Part shown: positions 40,101 through 51,298 of the stretch, one piece after another
Position numbering within the stretch: position 1 is the stretch's first letter
Layout of the letters: the number at the start of each line of letters is the position of its first letter
Source of the DNA: Rhizaria sp. SCN 62-66
Taxonomy: Eukaryota
DNA: 64,000 bases
Reading direction: 5' to 3'
Assembly (NCBI GenBank): GCA_001724265.1
Contig: MEDY01000033.1
Location: 1-64,000 of the forward strand
The notes under the pieces: generated by a model
Database searches by the model: none
What the model was told of the DNA's origin: nothing
Seen by the model: only the letters and a program-made list of their open reading frames with translations
Program-made: the position numbers and the translations under genes

Positions 40101-43100
40101 ACACTGGCCTGCACTGCGCTCTCGAATGCGCTGATGGAAGTGCTGTTCGTCGTTGCACCCTTGCTCTTGTCGTTGCCGCTCGAGTAGCGGCTGCTGGCAA
40201 TAGCCTTGTACGCGTCATCGGTCTCGGCCACGGCTAACACCCACGACTCGGCGCTGGCAAGCGTCACGCGCTGCCCCTTAAACCCGCGCACGAGCTTCAC
40301 CTCCTCCGCCGTGGGCACCAGGTTTGACATGATGCCGAGCTGATCGGCGGTCAGGCCGGGCGCGGCGCTGAGGGCGGCGTGGATCACCCCACTCTCGGGC
40401 TGGCGAAGCTTGGCGAGCGCGATGTTGATGGCCTGGGAGCGGCGGCCGTCGAGCAGGGTGATGGTGCCTGCCTCGACAGCAGTGGTGCCAACGGCGGCAT
40501 CGGCAGCAGCGCCTGTGCCGCTGGTGCTGTTGGCGGCGTTGGTGAGTGAACGGGCGGCTGCTTGGGGGAACAACGCCGCCAAATCCGCAATGTCGGTCCT
40601 CGAAAGCACGCCAAACACGTCTTCACCGTCCTCATCGTCGTTGTTGCTCGCACCGCCCTTGCCCTTACCTTTGCCCTTGCTCTTGCCGTTGTTCTTTGAG
40701 AGGGTCGCAAGTGCAGTAGCCGGCGTTGCCAGTCCAGCTGCAACCGCAGCCGCAGTGACGTCAGCGCACACCTCTTGCCACAGAGTGTTCTTGATGTTTC
40801 CAAGGGGGATCGACGCCCAGTGGACGATCTTGAGCTTAATATCCTTCAGTGAGGCAAACATGACGCGGTACTTCGTCTGATCCAAGGATGCAGCGCCCTT
40901 CTTCCCCTTGCGCGGGCTGCCGCTCTTACTGATCTCGCCGTCGTCGCCGCCGGCACCCTCTGGGAGCAGCAAGTGTGCAAACAGAGCCCCAGCCTCCGGC
41001 ATCGCGCTGATGCCGAGCGACTGCAGCAGTGCCGCGAGCTCCTCCTTCCTCTTCTTCTCCGCAGCAGCGCGCCGCGCGGCCACCGCCGCATTCCCACTGC
41101 TACCGGCGTTCGCGCTACTCGCGCTTGGGCTGGCGTCGTCGCCGAAGAGATCGAAGTCGAGGGGCGGCGGCGGAACACCGCTGGGGTCTGTGTCGAACAT
41201 GTCGTCAAACAGACCGTCAGGTGGCGGCGGGGGTGCGCCAGGGCCGCTCAGAGCAGTGCCGCTTGAACTAGCTTTGGTGACTGTGGGCAACGTCGGGAGA
41301 GCAGTGATCGGTGAGAACAGCGTTTCGTCATCAAAGACGTCGAAAAACAGCTCAGCAGGCGGGGGCGGCACGTCAGAATTTTTGTAACTACTAGTGCTCA
41401 CAGCATTCGCATTGACAATGGCTCCATTCGCAACGTCAGCAGCATTAACAACAGCAATTGTCGGCGCAGCGACAGGCTTGTTGAATCCCTCCAGCGCCGC
41501 CATCGCCACCGGCACCGACAGGACCCCGACATCGTTATCCACCGTGGTAATGCTATTATTGCTCAGCTGCGCGCGCCTGAGCCGCGCCACGCCGGGGGGC
41601 GGCGTGCCGGCGTAGGTGGCGACCCGGCCCATGAGTGCCGTCAGCGAGTCGACGGGGGCCGAGAGCGAGGCCAGGCGCGCAGCGCGGGCGGCGATACTGC
41701 TGCTGCCGAGCCACGCCGCCGCGCCACCGGGCGTCGCGCCGCCGCCGGGCTGGAGCGAGAGGGAGGAGGCGAGGCCGCCGTGGTTCGAGAACAGGTACGA
41801 GAAGTTGTGGGGGTGCGCGGTGCTGCCGTTGGGCGAGGCAAGCATGAACGCGCCGCTGCTGTTATGGCCCCCGGCGCCGGGGCTGCCCACCAGTGCCACC
41901 GCGCCTCTGCCGCGGTCGCCGCCGCCGGCGCCGGCGGGGAGCAGCGGGAGCGCGGTCTGGTAGAACTGCTTCTGCGCCTCGAGCGCAATGGCCAGGATGC
42001 GGTCGCTGAAGCCACCGGGCCCCGTGAGGCGCGCGAGCGACTGTGACAGCCCCAGCACGATGCCGTCGTAGAGCGTGCAGTGGTGGTGCAGCGCCGCGTT
42101 GGCCGCCGTCAGCTGTGCCTGCTGCTGCTGCGTGGCGGGCGCGTCTTCGGAGGCGAGAGAGGCGCTGGACTCGGCGATCGCGTTGATCTCCTCCACGGCG
42201 TCGCAGATCCCGTCGTAGTGCTGCTCGGCGCGCGCGAGCTCGGCCTCGAAGCTCTCGCACTCACACTCCCACTCCAGAGAGACCTCCTCGAGCGCGTCGC
42301 GCAGGTCCTTCTGGAAGATAACGCGCGCGCGGTGCGCGATGTGCTGCTGCAGGGCCACAAAGTCGGCGCGCAGACCGGCCGAGAGCGACGTGGTGGGATT
42401 GCTCGTAGCGAAGACCCGGGGCGCGCTGGGGTTACTCGCGGGCGCTCTCTTGTTAACGGGGCTGCTCACACGGGGACTGTCGGCACTAATGACGGCGCTA
42501 TTTTTAGCAAAGCGACGAAGGCGCGGCGAGCCCGACGCTGCGTCGCCGACGCTGTTACGATTGTCAGCGGTCACTCTGCCTCTGTTGTGGCTGTTAGGAG
42601 TCGTATTGCTACTGTTGTTGGTACTTGTGTTTGTGTTATTGTTGCGGGGCGAGAAGGGAGAAGAAAACGCAAGCGCAGTCGCAAGCCTGCGTGGCGGAGA
42701 CAGCAAAACACCCTGACTTTGATGCAGTTGCTGCTTGATGGCGCTGTTCGAAGCACTATTGTTGTCTTGGTGACCGCGAGTGGGCGACTCGTGCAGAGTC
42801 GCAAGCGCGCCTCCCCGAGGCGAGAGCAACAGAGCTGCCTCACCACTGTGGCCCGCACCAGTGTTGGCATTGCCTCTCTTGCTCTCGCTGTCGTCACTGT
42901 TGCTGGTGCTGTTACTGTAATTCTGTTTGCGGTGATTTGCGCGGACGGGCGTAGCGAGCGGCGAGCCCGCAGCGCTGCTACTAACACTACTAGCAGCCGA
43001 GTCGTACTTGTAGCTCGCGCGACTGTTCCCGCTGCCATAGTGCTCACGCTACCACTGCTCCTGATACACGCTCGCCGGTACAGCACCAGCGCCACCAACA

Positions 43101-44005
43101 GCGGCGCCCACACCGGCGCTGCCCGCGCCACGAACGCCGCCGCTCGCGCCCGTGACCGCAAGCGCGGACGCCGACGTGTTGTGCAGCGAGCACGCCTGCG
43201 TGGCCATGTCCATGAGGCTCTCTGCAAAGTCGAGCACGTCGTCGTGCAGCGTTTCGAGCACGGCGCGCGCAGACTGCAGCTGCGCGCCCAGGCTCTCGAT
43301 GTGCGCCGCGTCGATCTCAACCCGCTCAAAGCTCAAGCTGCTGGCGTCGGTATCGGGGTCGGCGGCGGCATCAGCGCTAGAAGTGGTTACGTGGGGCGTG
43401 CGCGTGGGAGAGAGAATGACGAGGGGAGAGAGTAAGCGTCCTGTGCTGTTGGCACCCAGGCCACTGTTCGAAAGAGTCCTTGAAGCGGGGGATAGAAGCA
43501 GGGGTGAGGCCAAATGCACCGCGTTAGCACCGACACCCGCACTGTTCTTCGTACTCGTGATGGTGTTGCCCAAACTCAGTGTACTGCTTATAGATTCTTC
43601 GCTTACGTCGCGGGGCTTCGACTGCTGCTCAGGAGAAGAGAAAAATGGAAACGAGAACGGTAGCTTAAACAGTGGAGAGTGCACGTGTTGTTGTTGCTGT
43701 TGCTTCTGTGTGTCATCAGCAGTTGCAGCATCACTACTGCCGTTGTTGCGCTTGTTGTTCGCCTTCGTGGGGGTGTTGCTTGAGCTCGTGCTGTTGCCGC
43801 TAGGTCCGGTGTCGTTATGAGCAGTCTTGGTGGGTGTTGGCGAAGACGAAAAGAAATACATTTTCTTGAGAAACGTGTCAAACACGCTTGGGGAGTGTGG
43901 AGGCAGAGCTTTCAGTGCATGTTGCTGTACAACAACGGTCTTCGCGCTTGTGTTGGCCTTGGCGACAGTGGAGGCCTTGGCGAGCTTCTTCTTGCGCGGG
44001 GGCAT
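37103..44005 (-). CDS. Formin (FH1-FH2), 2300 aa when the in-frame TAG at 43049-43051 is read as sense
   Basis: FH2 motifs LKIVHWASIP..IKNTLW, TLLDGRRSQAINIALAKL, LVPTAEEVKLV, LLATALTAGNTLN and LKDLSKLSAVK, preceded by short poly-Pro tracts. Track ORFs 43049..44005 and 37103..42829 share a frame and are separated only by one TAG plus 73 open codons. Stop is TGA. Confidence 0.88.
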
Positions 44006-44530
44006 GATTTAGTGGAGAGCGAGAGTCGCGCAGCCAGAAGGTGAAAATGATTATGCTGCAAGCAAGCGGGTCGAGAATATGTGTGCCGCAAACCAGAGTA
44101 GAGCGGGGATGGTGCCGAGAGCGACGAGGCGAAGGGGGGGCGTGCCGCTCGAAAGTTTGAAAACTGGTATTGAAAAATTGTTACGGAAGGAAAGATAATT
44201 TTGAGAAATAAATAAGGTAAAACATATCAAACGCACAATTCCATCACAATAACAAATAAAATTGTGAATCCACGAAGATTTCAAGCAATGCAACGTTGTC
44301 AAATCCAGTGGCATATGCACCAACAACGAGCCAATGTCCAACGGACATCAACTTCTACGGAGGATATGTCCGATAAATAGAGGGCCATGACGCAAACCAT
44401 GATGCTTCACGTGCGAAGATGTGGATTTCTGTACTTTCGCAAAATCATATACTCTTGAACTGCGACTGGCCTAGTGAATCTCGCCCTACAACCTCCTCAT
44501 ACCTTTACGCGAAAAGTCAAGGATGAGCAC

Positions 44531-45123
44531 ATGCTGTCGGATATTGTGATGTGTGTGGGTATTTATGACAAATGGCTGAGGCAGGACGGCAACTACCGCA
44601 TGGTGATCCGGCTCAATTGTGATATGCTTCCCTGCGATTCTGTGCACTTTCGTGTCGCATCGAAGAACTTTGTTCTTGGCGATAGGCTTCATATGTCTTT
44701 TGTGCCCCCGGCCCTGTACACAGCGGCATCGTTGCCGTTTCTTGCGTCTCACTGTTTCACTGCAGTAGCTCCCTGACTGACAAGACTCGCTATGCCTCTG
44801 GACCGTGGGTCCATCCTGGAAGTACCATTGTCTACGGCGAATACGCTCAGCCGACGACTGGCGCTGATACAGCGACGTACCCCGTTGGTACAGTGCTAAT
44901 ATATTCCCGCAGCGTTGCTCCCCCCGCCAGAGGCGATGGCCCTGGCTTTTATGACACCCTGTGGTTCATCATCTTCAAGCCGTGCCCCGTGAGCTTGCTG
45001 CGCGGAGCAGTGCCCGTTGGACGCGTGATGTCGTGCGTGTCTGGTCTTGTGGCTGCGACTGGTGACCGCGGGGAAGAACCTTTTGACGCAAATATGTTGT
45101 AGTTCTCTTCAAGCGAACTGTGA
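44531..45123 (+). CDS. Possible small orphan gene or decayed gene (~180 aa; putative intron 44716-44765; TAG at 45100-45102 before TGA at 45121-45123)
   Basis: Moderate-GC, protein-like ORFs in two frames that a 50-nt GT...CAG phase-2 intron would join. No recognisable family, and the donor GTACAC deviates from the local consensus. Confidence 0.3.
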
Positions 45124-45721
45124 GGATGCGACATTGTACAGACATGTCACACTGTTTGTCGCATACGTCCCCCTCGCTCTCAGTTTCGCACAACTCTTTT
45201 CGAAGCAAGTGAAACAAGTCTTTTCATCTATGATTGATTATTTCACTCTTCTTCGTGATACTATGCTGTATCGAGTAATGAGTACTTATAGTGCGTTGAA
45301 TCTGTTTATTATGTTTGTGTTTTTGACTGTTGCATCATGTTATATTTTTAATAAACTTTGAATGCTTCTAAAGGAACGTCAAACATCTTAAAACATCAAA
45401 TGTGCACGATCAAAATCAAAGAAAACACACTATATGGAACTGAAATTAAATACATCAATTACAATTGGCGATAATATTTCGTGATGTAACACCAGTTCCC
45501 CATCCAATAAGGATATATCAGTCGAAAAGTGGCGCGTAACACTAACTCGCAATCACGATACGCTCCTCATATCTATCACTTGCATTCCGTCTCGTATGTT
45601 CACTCAGCAACACAATTCTCATACTAGCACACTTGAACAACGGTGTAATGACATTTTTATGAAGTGCTTCATTCAGAACAGCGAAATATTGCGCTTTTTG
45701 TGGCTGTTCGCCGTTCTTCCG

Positions 45722-45734
45722 ATTTTTCGGAACC
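45722..45734 (+). promoter_or_regulatory. Candidate promoter motif ATTTTTCGGAACC, copy 2
   Basis: Identical 13-mer to 21896-21908. Lies upstream of the PX-C2-SH3 gene. Confidence 0.55.
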
Positions 45735-46256
45735 TGCTGGCAAGAGGTGGCGGCGGGTGGCAGTCGCGAGGCGAGCCAAGGAAAACTGAGCGATTACGAT
45801 ATCTGCGCATACCACCACTTGGAGACGTCTATTCAATTCCAATTTAGGATGTCACGACAGAATGGCGCAGTTTTGTTTTCTCATTCTTATACGCTCCTTA
45901 AACTCAACACATACAATGTGTTGCACTCTCTTAAATGAAGGAGTCGTTTGGCACTGAGTCACCAAGCAGCATGCTTTTCCTTAAAGTTGCCTGAGTCTCA
46001 ACAGTTCATTCTGTAATAGCATTGTCACCGAGGGAATCGTATTTACTGCTTATTATTTGATATGAAATTGTTATGTCCATTTGAATTTGCGCTGTTCTAG
46101 TTGCTAATTGTATCCTTCTTGCGTCACTCCTACTTGCTCCCTAACTTATCCTCGATCGTCATTGCTCGTCTTTCCGCTATTTCTCTGTCGCCTTGATGCT
46201 TCGTTATGTGCCTAACTGCTGCCTCTTGCTAACACTTTAGGCCTCCTGTTTCCGAC

Positions 46257-48932
46257 ATGGATCCTCCGATCTACCCTCGGATCTGGATCCCCACTACGTC
46301 CGAAACCACGGCGATCGTGGACGGGGAGGACAAGGTCTACACGGCCTACAACATTCATATCGAAGTCGCCCCCGGTCAGATGCGTTACGCCGTGCGCCGC
46401 TTCCACGAATTTGTCGAGTTTGATAAGGTCTGGTCTGCGCTCTACACCACTCTCAAGGACCAGTTCGAGCTGCCCAGCAAGGTCATGCTGTTCAAGACCA
46501 CCAAGGCCATGGAGTCCCGTCGCAGCGGCCTCGAGAGCTACATCGTGGGCCTCTCCCGCGTGCGTTCCATGGAGACCTTCGTCTGCCAGTTTCTCGGTCT
46601 CACCGAGGACGAGCTTTACATCCGCCCCAAGAAGCCCGCCGGCCCCGCCGGAAGCACCCCCGGCGGCCGCGCGGGCCACCCAACCCTAACCCCCGCCGTG
46701 AGCATCGATCTGGTCAACCAGCGCGGCATGGAGGGCCTCAGCGGCAAGATCGACGGCCTGCAGCGCGAGCTTGTTGCGCAGTCCGGCGCGGCGCCGTTGC
46801 CCAAGGGCGCGCTGGCGAGCTACGAGGAGAACGGCGAGACGTACATCGTCGGCGCCTCAGCCTCTGGCGGCACCACGGGTGGCAACCTCGACGACCTGCG
46901 CAGTGCGGGCGCCAAGGAGTCGATGAAGGAGGCCCCGCGCGGCAACACGCTTGAGGCCAGCGAGAAGGCGCGCCGCGACAAGGAGGAGTTCCTGAAGAAG
47001 AACGCAGGCGTGATCGCGTCGCTGATGCCCGGCCGCCAGCTCAACGTAGTGTACAACATCGGTAAAGCGGGCGAGATGTACGACCGCTCGCTGGGCAAGG
47101 TGCAGCTGTCACTGTGGTACCGCCCCGGTGTGATGGGCAACACGCGTAAGCCGATGCGCGACGCGATCATCACCGACGACACTGGCGGCGGCGTCATCGT
47201 CATCACCGTTCACTGCGGCATGGACCTGCCGTCCAACGACGGCATCAGCAATCCTTACGTCAAGACGTACCTTACGCCCGACCCGGACAAGGTGTCGAAG
47301 CAGAAGACGAGCGCCAAGTCGCGCACGGTGAACCCCACGTGGGAGGAGGCGCTCGAGTACCGCGATATCTACCCCGACGAGCTGCGGCTCAAGTGCCTCA
47401 CCATCTCCGTCTGGGACAAGAAGCTCAACGGCAAGAACATGTGCATGGGCGAGGTCGTGTTCGACTCGCTGGCCACCTTGCCGCGCACCGACACCGAGCG
47501 CCTGCACCGCTGGTTTGACCTCAAGCCGTGGACCAACTTCGCCAACACTGGCACGTCGGCCGCGACAGGCATCTCGACCTACGCCAAGCGCAACTCCGTG
47601 ACCGACAACGCGCCCCCCGCGGCGACATATTCCCCGTCCAGCTCACCCATGGCCTCCCCGGTTAGTCCCGGTGGCCCCAGCGGTGGCGCGTCCCCCGCGC
47701 TGCCCCGCGGCCCGCCCCCGCGGCTGCCGTCGGGCCCGCCGCCGCGCGTTAACAGCAGCCACGGCGCCGGGTCTGCGCCCACGTCGCCGCTTGCGGCCAC
47801 GTCGAGCTACGCCAGCAACGGGTCCAGCGGCAGCGCCGGCGCGGTCGAAGGCCGTCCGCACGTCGCCGCCGCCCCCACTGCTGCTTCCGCGAGTAGCTCC
47901 AGCGGCGGCGGCTTCTTCTCCGGGCTCTTTGGCCGCAGCGGCAGCGCCGGGGCCGCCAGCCCGCCTGCCACGCCTGCGTCGCCCCCGCAGTCCCCGATCC
48001 CGCCCCTTGCGCCCACCACGAGCGCCAGCGCCAGCGCGACGAACAAGATCAACGTTGCCAGCGCCGCCCCCGCGCCCCGCCCCTGGGCAGTGGCCGCGGC
48101 CAACAACAACAAGCCGCCAGTGACCGTGACCGCAAGCTCGAGCGCGAGCTCCAGTAGCAGCGTGAAGCCCGGCGCCGGCCCCACGCCCGCGGCGGCGGCG
48201 ATTGCGGCCGCTGGCGCAAACGCGCGTCCTTCGTGGGCCCGTCCCCTGCCCTCCACGCCCGGTACGTAAACCACAACTACACGCATGTTTGGAGGCATAT
48301 GTTTTATTATTCTCATAATTCACGTTGAAATTATTGAAATAATGGAAGAATCACGATTTTTAATTTTTACTTTCGTTTCCTGATATATCTTACTGATATT
48401 GTCACAACTCTGTTTGTTTTGTTCCTTCGCCCTTATTATCTCAGGAGCTTCCAGCCCGCCCGCCCCGCCCGTTAAGGCCGGCGCTGCCTCCGGCGCCGCG
48501 TCTCCCCCCGCGTTCGGGCGCGCCCCGTCTACGCCTGCCGTGAGTAACCCGCCCCCCGCGTCCGCCGCCGCGTCCGCCGCATCGCCCCGCGCCCCCCCGC
48601 GGCCCTCGCTCATCGGCGTCAACACGCGCCCGCTGCCCTCCCCGACAGGCGCCGCCTCGCCGCCGCCGCCGCCCGCGTCCGCCGCCGTCGCCGCCGCGCC
48701 CGCCGCGGTCAAGGCCCCACCGCCGCCACCGGTGTCGGTGCGGCCCTCAGTGCCGACGGCGCTGGTGGTGGAGACGTACGTGCCCACGGCCGACGAGGCC
48801 GCGGCCAGCGTTCTGGCGCTGACCAAGGGCACCAAGGTCGAGGTTATCGACAGCACCACGGGTGCGTGGTGGTATGGCAAGATCGGCGCCAAGGAAGGGT
48901 ACTTCCCCGCCGAGTTCGTGAAGATGATGTAA
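46257..48932 (+). CDS. PX domain - C2 domain - proline-rich - SH3 protein, ~830 aa; exons 46257-48261 and 48445-48932; an extra upstream exon is possible
   Basis: PX: YTAYNIHI..VRRFHEFVEF..LPSK..ESRRSGLESYI. C2: NPYVKTYLTPDPDKVSKQKT..NPTWEE..ISVWD..MGEV. SH3: LALTKGTKVEVID..WWYGKIGAKEGYFPAEFV. A CTAAC..TTTAG acceptor-like site ending at 46240 suggests an upstream intron. Stop is TAA. Confidence 0.88.
48262..48444 (+). other. Spliceosomal intron (183 nt, phase 1)
   Basis: G|GTACGT...CTCAG|GA, very AT-rich. Joins ORFs 46257..48269 and 48399..48932 in frame. Confidence 0.92.
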
Positions 48933-49953
48933 GCAAGGCATGTTAGCCTGCTATCCAAGGGGGGCCGGGCACTTAGATGTGACGAATGCCTTTTTGTTTT
49001 TGTTTGCTTATCTGTAAATATGCCGTTAATAATTATTATTTCTGCCCGACACTTTTTATTTCTCCTTTTCATTTCCGCGTTTGTCTTTGTTTTGAGTTAG
49101 ACTATGCTTGTTTCCATGCCTTACAGCATCTTCTCGCGCCGCGCTCTCTGATCTTGAACCCACGAATGAACACATGAGCATGGGACTGCTACTAACTCCA
49201 TGCTCTTGTTCATCGGAAGAACGGAGCCAATTTTGTAGCTTTTTTGTACAACATCAACGAAGAAGATTATCAATACACGTATACTTAGTGCACACTTTGT
49301 CTTGGTTTGCAATGATTGGCAGTGTGGACTGATTAAATCGTGATATGATGTAGTACATTGTATTGTAATAATCGTGGCGAGTTTCGATAATAATTCTCGT
49401 GATCGTGAGCGACAGCACACTTTGACAGCGCGCTCAAGGCCAGCTCACAGTCACTTGGCAGATCGGAACCAACATCCACATCAAAATAGCGGGTGCCACA
49501 AACAAAGATAACTCAAGTCATTGCTTAAGCTATGATGAAAAGAAATTGAAATATAAGCTTGTGCTGAAGCGATCCTGAAATGCAACGTAGCGCGCCACCG
49601 ACTGGGCCACTGTGCATGACGTTATCGCCCGTGTTCAAGGTGCTGATCGTAACAGGAGAGAACAAAAAAGAAAACAACAAAGACATAACAGAAGAGACCA
49701 ACATCTAAAACATGAACGGATAAAACCCACGCGTTGTCATTGTCACAACGATTGGTCCACCAGGAGGCATGTGACACAGACGAGGTTGAGCTTTGAGGCA
49801 GCGCAAGGAATTAGAGCGACAACAAAGATAGAGGAGCACGATCATATGCATCATACAAACAGAAATGGCCATTGCAGTCATAGATCGTGCTTGGGGGGCA
49901 CACTTCAAGCGAGAGTGACGATATCATGCACTTAACACTTCGAGCGCTGCCAC

Positions 49954-50765
49954 TTAGAGCTTGCACTGCGGACTGCCCTTGTCGTCCGTGCCCGCGGCGG
50001 GCGCACTGCCCGCGCCCTTCGGCGTCACCGGCGCAGAGCCAGCGCTCGAGCTGCCAGCGGAGGGCGCCTCACCCATGGGGATGGGCGTGGTTTGGGGCTT
50101 CTGGTGCTCATCGTAGTAGAACGCCATGTGAACGCTGCGGCGTGAGAAGCCGCACTGCTCGTAGAAGGCAACGTTCTTCTCGTTGCAGTCCAGGATAATC
50201 TTGTAGCAGCCATACGCGCGGGCCTCCTCGACCAGGCGCTCGATGATGCTGCGAGAGGGAGCGAAAACAAAGTGCAACGAGATGAATAATGAGTAAATGA
50301 TAGTAGTGAGAAGTAGCCGTTACAGTACATGCATGCACTTGACACGTAAGATAGAGGCATTTCAAAACAGACTTGAAGTATAGTAAACAAGATAGATACA
50401 AAGGTGTGCGGATATTTGCCGTACATCTTGCCGAGGTTGAGGCCCCGGTAGTTCGAGTCGACGACAACGTCCTCGATGTGGGCCACGAGGCCGCAGTTGT
50501 GGATGAACTTGGCCTCGTAAAACAAGCTCGCAGTGCAGGCAATGCGCCCCTTGGCTTCGTCCTCGCCGACCAGAGTAACTGAGGCGCCCGCACGCGAGCG
50601 CACGTCAAGGCAGCGCTCGAACTGCTCGCGCGAGACGGCGCCGAGGTCGGTGAGCTGGGAGAGGATGGCGGGGAAGCCCTTGTCGTAGTCGCCGCGCGCG
50701 AGGGGGCGGAACGTGATCTTGACGTCGGACTTAGGACGCGAAAAGTCAGCGGGAGCAGATGACAT
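49954..50765 (-). CDS. GNA1: Glucosamine-6-phosphate N-acetyltransferase (GNAT), 211 aa; exons 50765-50425 and 50248-49954
   Basis: RPLARGDYDKGF..LSQLT, EAKFIHNCGLVAHIEDVVVDSNYRGLNLGK, GCYKIILDCNEKNVAFYEQCGF. Stop is TAA. Confidence 0.95.
50249..50424 (-). other. Spliceosomal intron (176 nt, phase 2) in GNA1
   Basis: AT|GTACGG...CGCAG|C gives LGK-I-IIERL in frame. Confidence 0.92.
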
Positions 50766-51060
50766 GGCAAGGCAAAGGCTGTGTGCGGGGCTGGTATCAG
50801 TCAGCAGCAGGAATAGGGTGGGGAGGGCGAGCCGGCCTGGAAGGAGAACAAGGGGACGAGGCAAGGGAGAGGTTGTGAAGTCGGGTGCTCTCGTGGATGA
50901 TCAATTCATGTAAGCAAATATGTAACGTTGCAATCAAACATAAAACAACGCTTTCTACCAGGAATTTGCTATAATATGCGCACAGCAGGACATGCCACGG
51001 TGCAATGACCTTGCGCTTGAATCGTTTGAACTGTCCACAATACAATCTCGTGGGCCCGTT

Positions 51061-51072
51061 GGTTCCGAAAAA
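51061..51072 (-). promoter_or_regulatory. Candidate promoter motif TTTTTCGGAACC, copy 3 (reverse strand)
   Basis: GGTTCCGAAAAA on the + strand, roughly midway between the divergent GNA1 and WD40 gene starts. Confidence 0.55.
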
Positions 51073-51298
51073 GTCGACATGATCTTCGTCGAACTGTGGT
51101 AACGGCCTCGAAGTTGAACAGATCAACACTGTACTTCGTAGTGTTTTCAGTATGAAGATTTACAAAAGAGAAATAACTGACCAGCTTTAAATTATCTTGA
51201 TTTTCTATTGATAGGTTCACCAACGGAGACTTCACGCCACAGCACTCACTTAAACCTAGTCTACTGCTCGTCTGGCTGAGCAGCTCTCGCGGTCGCTC

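Noticed and set aside
43049-44005. Separate 318-aa gene ending in TAG
   Set aside because: The frame stays open into the formin, there is no intergenic-like sequence, and there is no nearby downstream ATG.
46681-46694. Telomere-like AACCCTAACCC
   Set aside because: A single unit inside coding sequence (PTLTP).
49532-49578. Box C/D-like motifs (ATGATGA...CTGA)
   Set aside because: Too short, with no terminal stem or identifiable guide sequence. Expected by chance in AT-rich DNA.
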